Positions 41,924-52,441 of a DNA stretch of 64,000 bases are shown here, in pieces (the stretch's first letter is position 1; each line of letters opens with the position of its first letter). Below the pieces are notes generated by a model that saw only the letters and a list, made by a program, of their open reading frames with translations, had not been told where the DNA came from and made no database searches. The stretch lies in assembly GCA_963744995.1 (NCBI GenBank), contig CAVUWA010000009.1, positions 519,719 through 583,718 of the forward strand. The letters are read 5' to 3'. Source of the stretch: Candidatus Eiseniibacteriota bacterium (lineage in GTDB: Bacteria; Eisenbacteria; RBG-16-71-46). A program made the translations under genes and the position numbers.

Positions 41924-42699
41924 ACGCGGCCCGCCTTCCCGTGGCCGCCGCCCTGGTGCTGAGCGCCGCCGGCCTCGCCGTCGCTGGTCCTGCCCCGGCG
42001 GCCCGCGCCGCGGAGGCGCCCCGCTTCACCGTGTGGATCGAGGGCGGCCCCGCGTGGCAGAGCCTCAACGACGTGCAGATCCCGAACGATGCCACGGGAA
42101 CCCGCTTCTCGCTGTACGACCTCGCCGGATCCGGTCCGTGGCCCGCGGGCCGCGTCTACCTCACGTGGCGCACCGGCGAGCGGCACGCGCTGCGCGCGCT
42201 GGTGGCGCCGTTCTCGATCACCGAGACGGGCGTCCCCGGCAAACCGATCGATTTCGCGGGCGCCACGTATGCTCCCGGCATGCCCGTGAAGGCCACGTAC
42301 CGGTTCAACTCGTACCGGCTTTCCTACATCTACAGGCTCTACGAGAGCGAGCGCTGGACGTGGCGGACGGGATTCACCGCCAAGGTGCGCGACGCGAAAA
42401 TCGAACTCAGCCAGGGCGCCACCACGAGCCGCAAGACCGATCTCGGGTTCGTACCGTTGCTGCACATCGGGGCCGAGTGGCGCTTCGCGCCGCTCTGGCG
42501 ACTGGGCCTCGACGCCGACGCGCTGGCCGGCGGGCCCGGTCGCGCCGAGGACGCTGCGCTCACGCTGGGCCGCAAACTCGGCGACGCCTGGACCCTGATG
42601 ACCGGCTACCGCACGGTGGAGGGCGGCGCCGACGTGGATGAGGTGTACACGTTCGCCTGGCTTCATTACGCCGTCGTGGGAATCGAGCGCCGGTTCTGA
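41920..42699 (+). CDS. Outer-membrane beta-barrel protein
   Basis: ATGA overlap with trmO; signal peptide; amphipathic strands; C-terminal Phe. Confidence 0.7.
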   Translation: MNAARLPVAAALVLSAAGLAVAGPAPAARAAEAPRFTVWIEGGPAWQSLNDVQIPNDATGTRFSLYDLAGSGPWPAGRVYLTWRTGERHALRALVAPFSITETGVPGKPIDFAGATYAPGMPVKATYRFNSYRLSYIYRLYESERWTWRTGFTAKVRDAKIELSQGATTSRKTDLGFVPLLHIGAEWRFAPLWRLGLDADALAGGPGRAEDAALTLGRKLGDAWTLMTGYRTVEGGADVDEVYTFAWLHYAVVGIERRF

Positions 42700-42803
42700 G
42701 GTAGCGTCTCGCAAGTTGGAGACAGTTCGCCCGCGATCATCCAGCGGGTCCGATCGAGCAGTCCAACAAAGGTCCGCCCCAAGCGCACAAACGGGACGAT
42801 CCC

Positions 42804-43997
42804 ATGCAGAAGACGGTTGCGGAATTCCTACGGACGGAAGCCGGCGGCGGCGTGCTGCTGGTGCTGGCTGCGCTTCTCGCCATCGTGCTGGCCAACTCGC
42901 CGTGGGCCGGCTGGTATTTCGAGGTGCTGAAGCGCCCGCTCGGGGTCGACCTCGGGTTCTGGAGCACCGACTTCACCTTCCAGTACTGGGTGAAGGACGG
43001 CCTGATGGCGATCTTCTTCTACGTCGTCGGGCTGGAGCTGAAGCGCGAGCTGACCGTCGGCGAACTGTCGGATCCCAGGACCGTGGTGCTGCCCGTCGCC
43101 TCCGCCATCGGCGGCGCCCTGGTGCCGGTCGCGATCTACCTCATGGTCGCCGGCGGAACGGAACCCCGCGGCTGGCCGGTGCCGGTGGCCACCGACATCG
43201 CATTCGCGCTGGCGGCGCTCGCGCTGCTCGCGCCGGCCGTGAACCCCCGGGTGCGCATCTTCCTGCTCACCCTGGCGGTGGTGGACGACCTCATCGCCAT
43301 CGTGCTGATCGCCGTGCTGTTCACTTCGAACCTCGCGCTGGCGCCGCTCACGCTCGCGCTGGGACTGCTCGCCGCCACCTGGCTGGTGCAGAAGCGCGTT
43401 GCGCTTCCGGCGCCGCTCTACCCGCTGATCGCGCTCGCCACCTGGATGCTCGCCGTGCAGGCGGGGGTGCACAGCTCGGTGATGGCCGTCGCCGCAGCGA
43501 TGATCGTTCCCCCGCGGGACGCGGGGCGAGGCGAGAGCCTGCTCGGGGTGCTGGAGCACGCCATTCACCCGGTCTCTTCGTTCTTCGTGCTGCCATTGTT
43601 CGCCTTCTGCGCGGCCGGTGTTTCGCTCGCGGGCTTTCGCGTGCCGCAGCTGGCGGCCGGCGTTCCGGCCGGCATCGCACTCGGACTCGCGCTGGGCAAG
43701 CCGCTCGGCGTGGGACTCGCGTACCTGGCCGTGGCGCGACTGATGCGGGCGCCGGGCGCGCTCGGCCGCTCCGATCTGCTGTTCGTCGGTTGCCTGTGCG
43801 GCATCGGGTTCACGATGAGCCTGTTCATCGGTGGTCTCGCGTTCGCGGGCGATGCCGCGGCAGAGTCCAGCGCGCGAATCGGGGTGATCGCAGGATCGCT
43901 GCTGGCTCTCGCGCTCAGCGTGCTCGCCGCCCGGTTGCGGCCGTCGTCGCCGCAAGAGCTGCCGGTACCCGGCGGCCCTGCCGATGTTCGCGCATGA
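42804..43997 (+). CDS. nhaA: Na+/H+ antiporter NhaA
   Basis: DGLMAIFF, GLELKRE, ATDIAFA, LAVVDD, GKPLG, CGIGFTMSLFI. Confidence 0.95.
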   Translation: MQKTVAEFLRTEAGGGVLLVLAALLAIVLANSPWAGWYFEVLKRPLGVDLGFWSTDFTFQYWVKDGLMAIFFYVVGLELKRELTVGELSDPRTVVLPVASAIGGALVPVAIYLMVAGGTEPRGWPVPVATDIAFALAALALLAPAVNPRVRIFLLTLAVVDDLIAIVLIAVLFTSNLALAPLTLALGLLAATWLVQKRVALPAPLYPLIALATWMLAVQAGVHSSVMAVAAAMIVPPRDAGRGESLLGVLEHAIHPVSSFFVLPLFAFCAAGVSLAGFRVPQLAAGVPAGIALGLALGKPLGVGLAYLAVARLMRAPGALGRSDLLFVGCLCGIGFTMSLFIGGLAFAGDAAAESSARIGVIAGSLLALALSVLAARLRPSSPQELPVPGGPADVRA

Positions 43998-44091
43998 GGG
44001 GGACAAGGGACAGGCGCGGACGCTGAAGCGGCGACCCATCGGCAACCACGAGATTTGTGGCTGCAGGCCGGACGTCTGAGCAGCCGCCCGG

Positions 44092-44130
44092 GTTTCCGTA
44101 GCTCAGAGGGAGAAAGCAGCGGCTTCCTGA
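44092..44130 (+). pseudogene. 5' half of a tRNA-Arg(CCT)-like sequence, ending at the anticodon loop
   Basis: GTTTCCG-TA-GCTC-AGAGGGAGA-AAGC-A-GCGGC-TTCCTGA matches acceptor 5' strand, D arm and 5' anticodon arm; no pairing 3' half follows. Confidence 0.4.
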
Positions 44131-44271
44131 CTCGAACCTGCCCGAAGTCGCCTCGCTCACCAATGTCGCAAAGGCTTGCCCGAGCCGCAGTTGCATGCGA
44201 CACTCTTCTCACCCCGTTGACAACTCAGGTCCAGCGCGACGTCAGTCACCCCATCTGGCGAGGGTCCCCCC

Positions 44272-47200
44272 ATGCCTCTTCGCACCATGCTGACCACGTT
44301 GCTCGTCGCCGCCGCAGCCCTGACGCCGGGGCTCGTGCCCGGGGCATCGGCCCAGGTTCTCGTTCCCTACTTCAACTCGAACGGGTTCGAACCTCCCGGG
44401 TACGTCCTCGGCAACGCGAACGGCCAGAACGGCTGGACCGCGGCCGGCTCGATCGTGAACACGACCGTCAAGTCGGGCACCCAGGCGGCGCGTACCTTCG
44501 GTGGCCCCGCCACCGGCTTCTCGCGAACCATCACCTTCACCGGTCCCAAGGTCGTGCTGGACTTCGACGTGCTCCGGGTCACCACGGGGCGCACGGTGTT
44601 CTGGATCGGCACGAACTTCTTCGGCGCGGCGGCGTACATCGGCATCGCCGCCGGCGGCGCCGGTTACATGATCGGCAGTCCGAACGCCGGTGATGGGCCG
44701 GCGCAGCATTCCGAACTGCCTGCGAACGAATGGCGTCACCTGAGGATCGTGTACGACTACAACACGCTCGTGGCGACCGGATTCGTGGACGGACTCTCGC
44801 TCGGGAGCACGCCGATCATCTACGCGCCCGGCTTCCCGCCCAACCTGCTCGAGGTCGCCGTCGGCGAACTCAACCAGGATGTCTACTTCGACAACCTCAC
44901 GCTCTCCAACGCGGCGGACTACTCGGTGACGACGGCCGGTGGGGTGATGACGGCGACCGACTTCTCCGGCTTGAGCGACAACCTCAGCATCACGCAGCCG
45001 GCCGCGAACACCGTCCGCTTCGCCGCCCCCAACCGACTTTTCATCGTCAACGGCGGGGCGATTACCTTCGGGGCGACGGGCAATGTCTCGCTCGCCGGTA
45101 TCGACAGCGTCATCGTGAACACCGGCGCCGGGAACGACACGATCACGGTGAGCGGCCCGATCAACCCGCTGCCGGACTTGACGCTCAACGGCGGCACGGG
45201 CGATGACCAGGTGACACTGGCGGGAACGTCTCCCGCTGGCCAGCGGCGCGAACTTGAACGTCGATCTCCTGGACGACGACGCTTCGCCGGGCGCCGACGC
45301 GGTGGCGTTGTCGCCGGGCGCGCAGGTCGCGGCATCCGGCAGCGGTGCGATCACGATCCGCTGCAGCCGCAACGTGACGGTCGGCGCCGGTGCGAACCTC
45401 GAAACCGTGGACGGCGACCTGGTCGTCGAAGCGAACCTGCCGCCGGCGGCGCCGACCCTCGGGAACTTCATCGGCGTGTACGTCGACAGCGCCATGGTGC
45501 GGTCCACCGGAACGGGGCAGGTGTCGATCGCCGGCCGGGGCGGGAGCACCGGGGACCGCCAGTACGGAGTGCGCCTGCGGCGCGGCGCAAGCTTCATAGG
45601 CGGCACGAGCGGCACGCTCCTCGTGGACGGCATCGGCGGGATCTCGACGGAACTCCTGAACGGCGGCGTCCGCGTGGACACCGCCACGGTCAGCTCGCTC
45701 GGCGCGGACGTCGTGGTCACCGGCCAGGGCGGCGGGGACCCGTTGGTGGCCCCGGCGACGGCGGACAAATGGGGTCATCGTCTCCGCGGGGCAGGTGACT
45801 CGCCGGGGGGAACGGCTCGGTCGACGGTGCAGGGAACCGGCGGATCCGGTCCGGGCGCGAGCAATCGGGAGTCATCGTCTCCGGGGGGCAGGTGACCGCC
45901 GGGGGAAACGGCTCGGTCACGGTGCAGGGAACCGGCGGATCCGGTCCGGGCTCGAGCAATTCGGGCATCCAGGTTCAACTCAACGGCCTGGTCACCTCGA
46001 ACGGGGGCGACGTGACGGTGATCGGTCACGGCGTCGGTTCGCCGACCGCGGCCGGCACGTTCCATGAGGGTGTCGCCCTCGTCACCGCCGGCCAGGTGAC
46101 GGCCGGCGGAAGCGGCTCGGTCACCGTTGAAGGAACCGCCGGGACCGGCCCGGGGGACAACCACCGCGGGGTCGAGCTCGTGGGCGCGAGCCTGATCACC
46201 TCGAGCGGCGGTCCCGTCTCGGTGACGGGAACCGGGGGACCGGGCGCGGGACAAAGCCAGATCGGCGTGCTGGCCACCGCCAGCACGATCACCTCGGGCG
46301 GGGGACCGGTCACCGTCGCCGGCTACGCGGGGGCGGGGAGCGGCAACGGGAACAACGGGGTCCACCTGCAGACGGGCTCCATGGTCAGTTCCGGCGGCGG
46401 GAACGTGAGCGTGACAGGCACGTACGGGGTCGGGAGCTCCGGAGGGTTCGTCTGCTCGAACGACGCCAGCAACGGGGTCTCGACCGTCGCCAACGGGGGC
46501 GACATCGAGATCGTCGGGGACATCATGGCCTGGGGGTCCGCGGGCCGGATCGCCGCACCGGCGGATGGCCGCATCCGCATCCGGACGCTGTCTGCCGGGC
46601 GGGCCATCTACTTCATCAACCCCACCTATTGGCTGCCGAACAACGCCATCGCGCTGACGGTGACCGACGTCATGCTCAACGGCTTGAACGCCGGCACGAT
46701 CGAGCTGAATGCGGACTCCGAGGATATGTACGTGGGCGGCCCCCTGGCCTACCAGCCGGCCGCCGCCCCGGCATTGGCGGGCTTCGCTCCCTCGGAAGCC
46801 AGCGCCCTTGCGACCGCATCGGATTTACCGAAGCACGTGGCAGGGCCACTTCGGCGCACTCAGGCGCCGAAGGCCGCGCTCGACACGCCCTCCACGCCGG
46901 TGCAGGTGGCGACCCAGGTTCTCGACGCCGATCCCGGCGTGGGCATTTTGCCGCCAGCGTCGCAGACGGCTGCCCCCGCCAGCCCGGTCGCGATCCAGCT
47001 CGTGACGAGCAACTTCGAACTGCGCAGTGGCCTGAACATCGGTTTCCTCGGCTCGGGACCATCGAATGACTGCTTCGACACCGGGGGTGGCGCCCTGCTG
47101 GTGTCGCCCGGTGCGTCCGGTGCAGTCCTACCGATGGCCCTGGGGACGGAAGTGACAGCCACGAATCTGTCGATGGACCCCGGCTCGACCCTTCTGGTCA

Positions 47201-47796
47201 CGATCGACAGCACCACAGCGGGAACGGGCTACCAGCAGCTCACCGTCGCAGGGCAGGTCGATCTCTCGAACGCGTCGCTCGCCTTCGCCGGCGCGTACAC
47301 GCCGGTCGAAGGGGACACGTTCACGATCGTGCGCAACGGCGCCAGCCCGACGACCGGCACCTTTGTCGGGCTGCCCGAGGGCGCAGTGATCCCGAACTTC
47401 ATGGGTTCAGCGCTGGGCGCGTCGATCACGTACCAGGCCGGTCCGGATGACGACGTGCAGCTGGTGGTGACCTCCGCCACGACCGCGACGCCGGGACCGG
47501 AAGAGCAGGTGCTGCCCACGGTGACCAGCCTGAGCGCGCCGCGCCCGAGCCCGTTCATCTCTTCCACGAATCTGTCGTTCGCGCTGGCCGTTCGAGGTCA
47601 CGCCGAGCTGACGATCTTCTCGGTAGATGGACGCCGCGTGCGCACGCTGGCGAACAGAGACTTCGAACCGGGCGCATACCAGATGCGATGGGATGGCCGC
47701 GGCGACAGCGGGGGACGAGCGGGAGCGGGCGTGTACTTCGTGCGACTCTCGACGCCGGAGGGGGCGTTCCATCGCACGCTGGTGCTGTTGAAGTGA
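44272..47796 (+). CDS. Large secreted Gly/Thr-rich beta-helix-repeat protein with FlgD-like C-terminus; split by frameshifts (~45225 and ~45730-45890)
   Basis: Signal peptide in 44272 frame; continues in 45254 and 45892 frames with 'VTVxGTGG' repeats; C-terminal 'PSPF...IFSVDGRRVRTL...WDGRGDSG...AGVYF'. Confidence 0.7.
45774..45966 (+). repeat. Two tandem ~97-bp copies encoding a beta-helix repeat; first copy indel-rich
   Basis: GTCATCGTCTCC..GCAGGTGAC..CGCCGGGGG..AACGGCTCGGTC..ACGGTGCAGGGAACCGGCGGATCCGGTCCGGGC.CGAGCAAT occurs twice in tandem. Confidence 0.75.
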
Positions 47797-47823
47797 TCGG
47801 CCGGTCGTTTCCGTTGCAGGCCG

Positions 47824-47852
47824 GAGGGGCGGGCATCCACCCGCCCCTCTTG
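47824..47852 (+). terminator. Probable intrinsic terminator
   Basis: Stem GAGGGGCGGG/CCCGCCCCTC with loop CATCCA, followed by TTGCTATT, just downstream of stop 47796. Confidence 0.55.
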
Positions 47853-47865
47853 CTATTCTGCAGCC

Positions 47866-49467
47866 ATGTCGCTCACCGCGGGGTCCAGAGTCGGGGTCTA
47901 TGAGGTGGTCGCGCCCCTGGGGGCCGGCGCGATGGGTGAGGTGTACCGCGCCCGCGACACCCGGCTCGGGCGCGACGTGGCCATCAAGTCGCTGCCGGCG
48001 GCCTTCGGTGCCGATGCCGGGCGCCTGGCCCGCTTCGTGCGCGAGGCGCAGACGCTGGCGTCGCTCAATCACCCCAACATCGCGGCGATCTACGGACTCG
48101 AGGAGACCGGCACCACGCCCCTGCTCGTGCTCGAGCTCGTCGAGGGTCAGTCGCTCGGCCAGCGGCTCGCGCACGGTCCGCTGCCCATCCGCGAGGCGCT
48201 GGACACGGGGATCCAGGTCGCGCGTGCGATCGAAGCCGCGCACGAACGGGGCATCGTGCATCGTGACCTCAAGCCCGCGAACGTCATGCTCTCGAACTCG
48301 GGCCTTGCGAAGGTGCTCGATTTCGGGCTCGCGCGGGGTGAAGCCGCCTCCGAGCCCGCCGGCGACTTGAGCGAGTCGCCCACCATGACGCTGGCCGCCG
48401 GTGCGACAACCCCGGGAATGATCGTGGGGACGGTCGCATACATGAGCCCTGAGCAGGCGCGCGGCATGCCCGTGGATCGTCGGAGTGACATCTGGTCGTT
48501 CGGATGCGTGCTCTTCGAGTGTCTCGCCGGGCGCGCGGCCTTTGCGGGTGAGACGGCGTCGGACCTGATCGCCGACGTGCTGAGGCGCGAGCCGGACTGG
48601 TCGGCCCTGCCGACCCAGACACCGCCGCGCCTGATCGGCACGGTGCCGCTCGTGCAATCGCGGCTCACGGTGAGGCAGGCAGGGGAGCGGTGGCTGGAGA
48701 CGTACGTCCGGACGCAACGGAACCCGAAGGGGCAGAAGCTGACGGTCCATCGGTTCCGCAAGTACCTGGCGCCGTCCTTCGGGCACATGCTCCTCGAGCG
48801 GGTCACGGGCGAGGATGTGCGGGCGTTCCGGCTCAAGCTCGAGCGGAGCTCCGGACTCAGCGTCACGTCGATCTGGCACCTGCTGGCGGACGTGCGGTGC
48901 TTCCTGCGGTGGTGCGAGGATGCCGGGCTCGTGGATCGTTGCCCGTTTCCAAGGCGGGTGATGCCGAGGCTGCAGGAACGGCCTCCAGACAGGCTCACGG
49001 ATGAGGAAGCGACCCTTCTACGGTCGCTTGCGGAACCGTACGGCTTCGTCTGCCGACTCGCATTGTCAACGGGGCTCCGGTGGGGCGAGCTCACCAGGGC
49101 GCAGGCTTCGGAGGTCGAGCGGGGCTTTCTGCTCGTGCATCACACGAAGTCGCGCAAGGTGCGGCGGGTTCCACTGCCGCCGGAGGTGCTGGCGGAGGTG
49201 CGGATGCGCGTGGGTCGGTTGGTGGGGTTCGCTGAGGGATCGCCTGGCTCGTTTGCGAAGGCGGTCCGGAAGGCAACCGGAATGGAGCGGTTCCACGTGC
49301 ACCAGATGCGGCACACCTTTGCGTGTCAGTGGCTGGAACGCGGCGGCAGTCTGGCCGCGCTGCAACAGATCCTCGGCCATGCGTCGATCGTGACGACGCA
49401 GCGCTACGCGAGGATCGCGGATGAGATGGTGATGCGAGAGGCGGAGAGGATCGGCCGCCAGGGATGA
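47866..49467 (+). CDS. In-frame fusion: Ser/Thr kinase domain (to ~48633) + tyrosine recombinase/integrase
   Basis: Kinase GAGAMG/VAIK/HRDLKPAN/DFG/YMSPE/SDIWSFG ends at 'PPRL' without subdomain XI. Then comes a core-binding region and the R-K-HxxR-H-Y residues (TGLRWGE, TKS, HQMRH, LGH, TQRY). Confidence 0.85.
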   Translation: MSLTAGSRVGVYEVVAPLGAGAMGEVYRARDTRLGRDVAIKSLPAAFGADAGRLARFVREAQTLASLNHPNIAAIYGLEETGTTPLLVLELVEGQSLGQRLAHGPLPIREALDTGIQVARAIEAAHERGIVHRDLKPANVMLSNSGLAKVLDFGLARGEAASEPAGDLSESPTMTLAAGATTPGMIVGTVAYMSPEQARGMPVDRRSDIWSFGCVLFECLAGRAAFAGETASDLIADVLRREPDWSALPTQTPPRLIGTVPLVQSRLTVRQAGERWLETYVRTQRNPKGQKLTVHRFRKYLAPSFGHMLLERVTGEDVRAFRLKLERSSGLSVTSIWHLLADVRCFLRWCEDAGLVDRCPFPRRVMPRLQERPPDRLTDEEATLLRSLAEPYGFVCRLALSTGLRWGELTRAQASEVERGFLLVHHTKSRKVRRVPLPPEVLAEVRMRVGRLVGFAEGSPGSFAKAVRKATGMERFHVHQMRHTFACQWLERGGSLAALQQILGHASIVTTQRYARIADEMVMREAERIGRQG

Positions 49468-49928
49468 GGAGACCGGCCATGGGCTCAGTACGCTGGGTGC
49501 AGGTGCTTGCGGCGGTGTTCGTGGTCTTGGCCGTGGCCGGGGGGATTGTTTTCATGCCGCCGCTTGCTCGCATGTGCCGGACCGAGACAGAAGTCAGCTA
49601 CACGCAGCTATCGCGAACTGATCGACCAAGTGGCACCGGCGAATATGCGGCGGTTTTCGATGCGAGCATGGGTGGCGCTCTCGGTGATGTGTACACGGAG
49701 GTGTACGTGCTGAGCTCGTCAGATTCTTTGCCAGGGAGCCGGAAGCGCCGAGTGTGGCACGCTGAGTATCCGGGCAACGTTCGCGTTCGGTGGAGCAGTA
49801 CGGACACACTGGATGTCTTGGTCGACGATGGATGGTTGGAGGCGAATCGCGAGCGGGTCCATCAGAGGCCAAGGGTAGGGGTGCACGTGCGGACCATCGG
49901 AGTGAGTGATGCAGCCCCGAGACCGTAG
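49464..49928 (+). CDS. Hypothetical N-terminally membrane-anchored protein
   Basis: Open frame with N-terminal hydrophobic helix; GAGGAG before alternative ATG 49479. Confidence 0.55.
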   Translation: MRRPAMGSVRWVQVLAAVFVVLAVAGGIVFMPPLARMCRTETEVSYTQLSRTDRPSGTGEYAAVFDASMGGALGDVYTEVYVLSSSDSLPGSRKRRVWHAEYPGNVRVRWSSTDTLDVLVDDGWLEANRERVHQRPRVGVHVRTIGVSDAAPRP

Positions 49929-49929
49929 C

Positions 49930-50267
49930 CGATGAGATGAAGCAGCTGGCCTCCGCTGGGACGTGGTAGCCGTAGAGCGGCGCCACAGACCAGTGACGCG
50001 GTCAAAGCCGCAACGAAGGAGGCCAGCCGTGGACCATATTGGCATCGATCTGCACAAGCGCGAAAGCCAGATCTGCATCGAGACCGAGTTCGGAGAGATC
50101 ATCGAGAAGCGGATCCGCACAGAGCGAGAGCGATTCGAGGCGCTGCTCGGGAACCGGCCCCGGGCGAAGATCCTGCTGGAAGCGATGACGGAGTCGGAGT
50201 GGGTGGCACGATGCCTCGAGGATCTGGGCCACGAAGTGGTGGTGGCCGATCCGAACTACGCGGCGAT
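49930..50267 (+). mobile_element. Left end and truncated 5' part of an IS110-family element (DEDD transposase from GTG 50029)
   Basis: AAGGAGG RBS; MDHIGIDLHKRESQICI...ILLEAMTESEWVARCLEDLGHEVVVADPNYAA, cut off by the IS21 end at 50268. Confidence 0.85.
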
Positions 50268-50402
50268 TGTCCAGCGACACCCTGTTTTGCGCGATACGGC
50301 GACACCCAGTTTTGCGCACCTGTCCTCCGGTGAACAGCCCTTCAGGCTTCGACTTCCGGTCCCACCTCCCTTCGTAGGCGACGCCCACCTTCCCGCACGG
50401 GC

Positions 50403-51188
50403 TCAGTTGCCCTGCTGGGCGACCGCCCGCTCGAGATCGCGCAGCCGATAGCTGCGGCCCTTGATATCGAGCACGTGGCTGTTGTGCAGTAGCCGATCGA
50501 GGATCGCGGTGGCGAGGATCTCGTCGCCGGCGAGGACCTCGGGCCAGTCGCGGATCCCCTTGTTCGTCGTGATCAGGATGCTGCCGCGCTGGTAGCGATG
50601 GCTGACCAGCCGGAAGAACAGGCTGGCTTCCTGGCGGGTCATGGGCTCGAAGCCGACCTCGTCGATGATCACCAGCGAACTGGAGAGGTACTTCTTGCTG
50701 CGCAGCCGCCGGGTCGGCAGGTCGGCGTCGCGCTTGAGCGCGGTGAGCAGATCCTCGAGCCGGTAGAACACGACGCCGAAGCCGAGCTCGACCGCGCGCA
50801 TGCCGAGCGCGACGGCGAGATGGGTCTTGCCGACGCCCGGAGGCCCCTGGATCAGCAGGGTGCGGTTCTCGCGGATCCACTGGCAGGTCGCCAGCGTCTC
50901 GATCCGACTCCGCTCCAGCGCCGGCTGGAAGGCGAAGTCGAAGTTGCCGAGCGTCTGCCCGGTCGGCAGCCCCGAGAGCACCAGCGAGGTACGTACGCGC
51001 CGCTCATCACGCTCGCGCAGTTCGTGCTCGAGCAGCCGGTCGAGGAAGCGGTGCGGCGGCGTCTCTTCGGCGACCGCCTCGGCGAGCCAGGTGGCGAGCT
51101 GGTCGGCGGCGTGCGTGAGGCCCAGCTTGCCCAGCCGCTCGCGGGTGACGTCGAGGTCCATGGGCGGGTTGGCCGCACGCGGCTTCAT
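50403..51188 (-). CDS. istB: IS21 helper ATPase IstB
   Basis: FDFAFQP, GPPGVGKTHLA, IIDEVG, ITTN, AILDRLLH, GRSYR; ATGA overlap with istA. Confidence 0.95.
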   Translation of the reverse strand: MKPRAANPPMDLDVTRERLGKLGLTHAADQLATWLAEAVAEETPPHRFLDRLLEHELRERDERRVRTSLVLSGLPTGQTLGNFDFAFQPALERSRIETLATCQWIRENRTLLIQGPPGVGKTHLAVALGMRAVELGFGVVFYRLEDLLTALKRDADLPTRRLRSKKYLSSSLVIIDEVGFEPMTRQEASLFFRLVSHRYQRGSILITTNKGIRDWPEVLAGDEILATAILDRLLHNSHVLDIKGRSYRLRDLERAVAQQGN

Positions 51189-52441
51189 CGCGCCACCTCC
51201 GCCAACGCCGCGTAGAGGTCCAGTGGCCGGCTCTGCGGGGTCATCTCGGCGATGGCCTGCAGCCGTCGGCCCATGCGGCCCAGCGGCAGCGGCGGCCGCA
51301 CGTCGGCCGTCGCCTCGCCCTCGTAGTGCCGGGGATCGATCACGATCCGCTCGCGCCCGTAGCGCGGGTGCTCGGCGATCACCCGGCCCTCGGCCCACAC
51401 CTGCACCACCCGGCTGCAGCCGTGCACCGTCACGGTCTTGCCCATGCGCTGGAACGGCACCGAGTAGCGTCGCGCTTCGAAGGCCACCGTGCAGTCCGGC
51501 GCAACGGTGCGCGTCGCCACCAGGTTGAACGGCTCGGGCAGCAGCGGCACCGCGCCGAGGAAGCGCTGCTCGGCCTGCCATGCTGCCCACACGCTGGTGC
51601 CCGTGGCCGGGCAGGTCCGTGCGTGCGCCTCGCGCTCGACACGCGCGTCGGTCCACGCCTGCAACTCGTCCCAGCCGGACCAGTCGCGTTCGACCACCTC
51701 GCGCCAGGCGCGGTCGGCGCCGATCCCGCGCTCGACCTTACCCTTGGCCTGCGGCTGTCGCACCGGGCAGGCATCGATGTGGAAGCGCACCGCTCTGGCG
51801 TAGCGCCGGTAGCTCGGGTTCAGCTCGCCCCACGCGCCGGCGCCGCGGCTCACGCCGGTCTTCAGGTTATCGATGCGCACCGTCGCCGGGATCCCGCCGA
51901 GCCGGCGGAAGCCCTCGTTGTGCGCATGATGCCAGCCCAGCTGGTCGGCGCGCGGCGACCACACCCGCGCCCCGAACCGGCTGTGCGAGAGCCGCAGGTG
52001 GAACTGATAGGCGTACACCGGCCGCCCGGCGATCCACACCCGCGGCCACTCCGCCCAGTCGGCCTGCGCCTGCGCCCCGGGCGGCGTCTCCACCCGTCGC
52101 CGCGCGCGTCGCGCCGGCTTTGGAAAGTGCCGCCGAAAGTAGCGCTGCAACCCGCGCAGGCTGCCCGAGAAGTCGTGCTCGGCGACCAGCCACGCGTGCA
52201 GGTCCGCCAGGTTCACCGGGCCCGCGCCCACGCCCGCCATGTAGTGCGCGATCGCCTCGGCACACCCATCGGCCTTGTGTTCCTGCCGCGAACGCCCATC
52301 AACCGCCCCGCTCGCCTGGCGCTGCAAGTGGTAACGCACCGTGTTCTCCGTCACGCCCAGCATCCGCGCGATGGCGCGGCCGCTCTGCCCGCTATGGGCC
52401 AGAACCGAGATCGTCATCCGTGTCTCCCGATCGAGCTTCAT
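51185..52441 (-). CDS. istA: IS21 transposase IstA
   Basis: N-terminal HTH; ETPPGAQAQADW, IDNLKTGV, KGKVER, YSVP. Confidence 0.95.
   Translation of the reverse strand: MKLDRETRMTISVLAHSGQSGRAIARMLGVTENTVRYHLQRQASGAVDGRSRQEHKADGCAEAIAHYMAGVGAGPVNLADLHAWLVAEHDFSGSLRGLQRYFRRHFPKPARRARRRVETPPGAQAQADWAEWPRVWIAGRPVYAYQFHLRLSHSRFGARVWSPRADQLGWHHAHNEGFRRLGGIPATVRIDNLKTGVSRGAGAWGELNPSYRRYARAVRFHIDACPVRQPQAKGKVERGIGADRAWREVVERDWSGWDELQAWTDARVEREAHARTCPATGTSVWAAWQAEQRFLGAVPLLPEPFNLVATRTVAPDCTVAFEARRYSVPFQRMGKTVTVHGCSRVVQVWAEGRVIAEHPRYGRERIVIDPRHYEGEATADVRPPLPLGRMGRRLQAIAEMTPQSRPLDLYAALAEVAR

Noticed and set aside
44272..47796. Programmed frameshifting or phase variation in the large secreted gene
   Set aside because: Indels are multiple, clustered in a tandem repeat, and lack slippery heptamers or long simple repeats; consensus error is more parsimonious.
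48634..49928. Integron (IntI plus cassette)
   Set aside because: The recombinase lacks the IntI-specific insertion before HxxR, is co-oriented with the next gene, and no attC array is recognisable.
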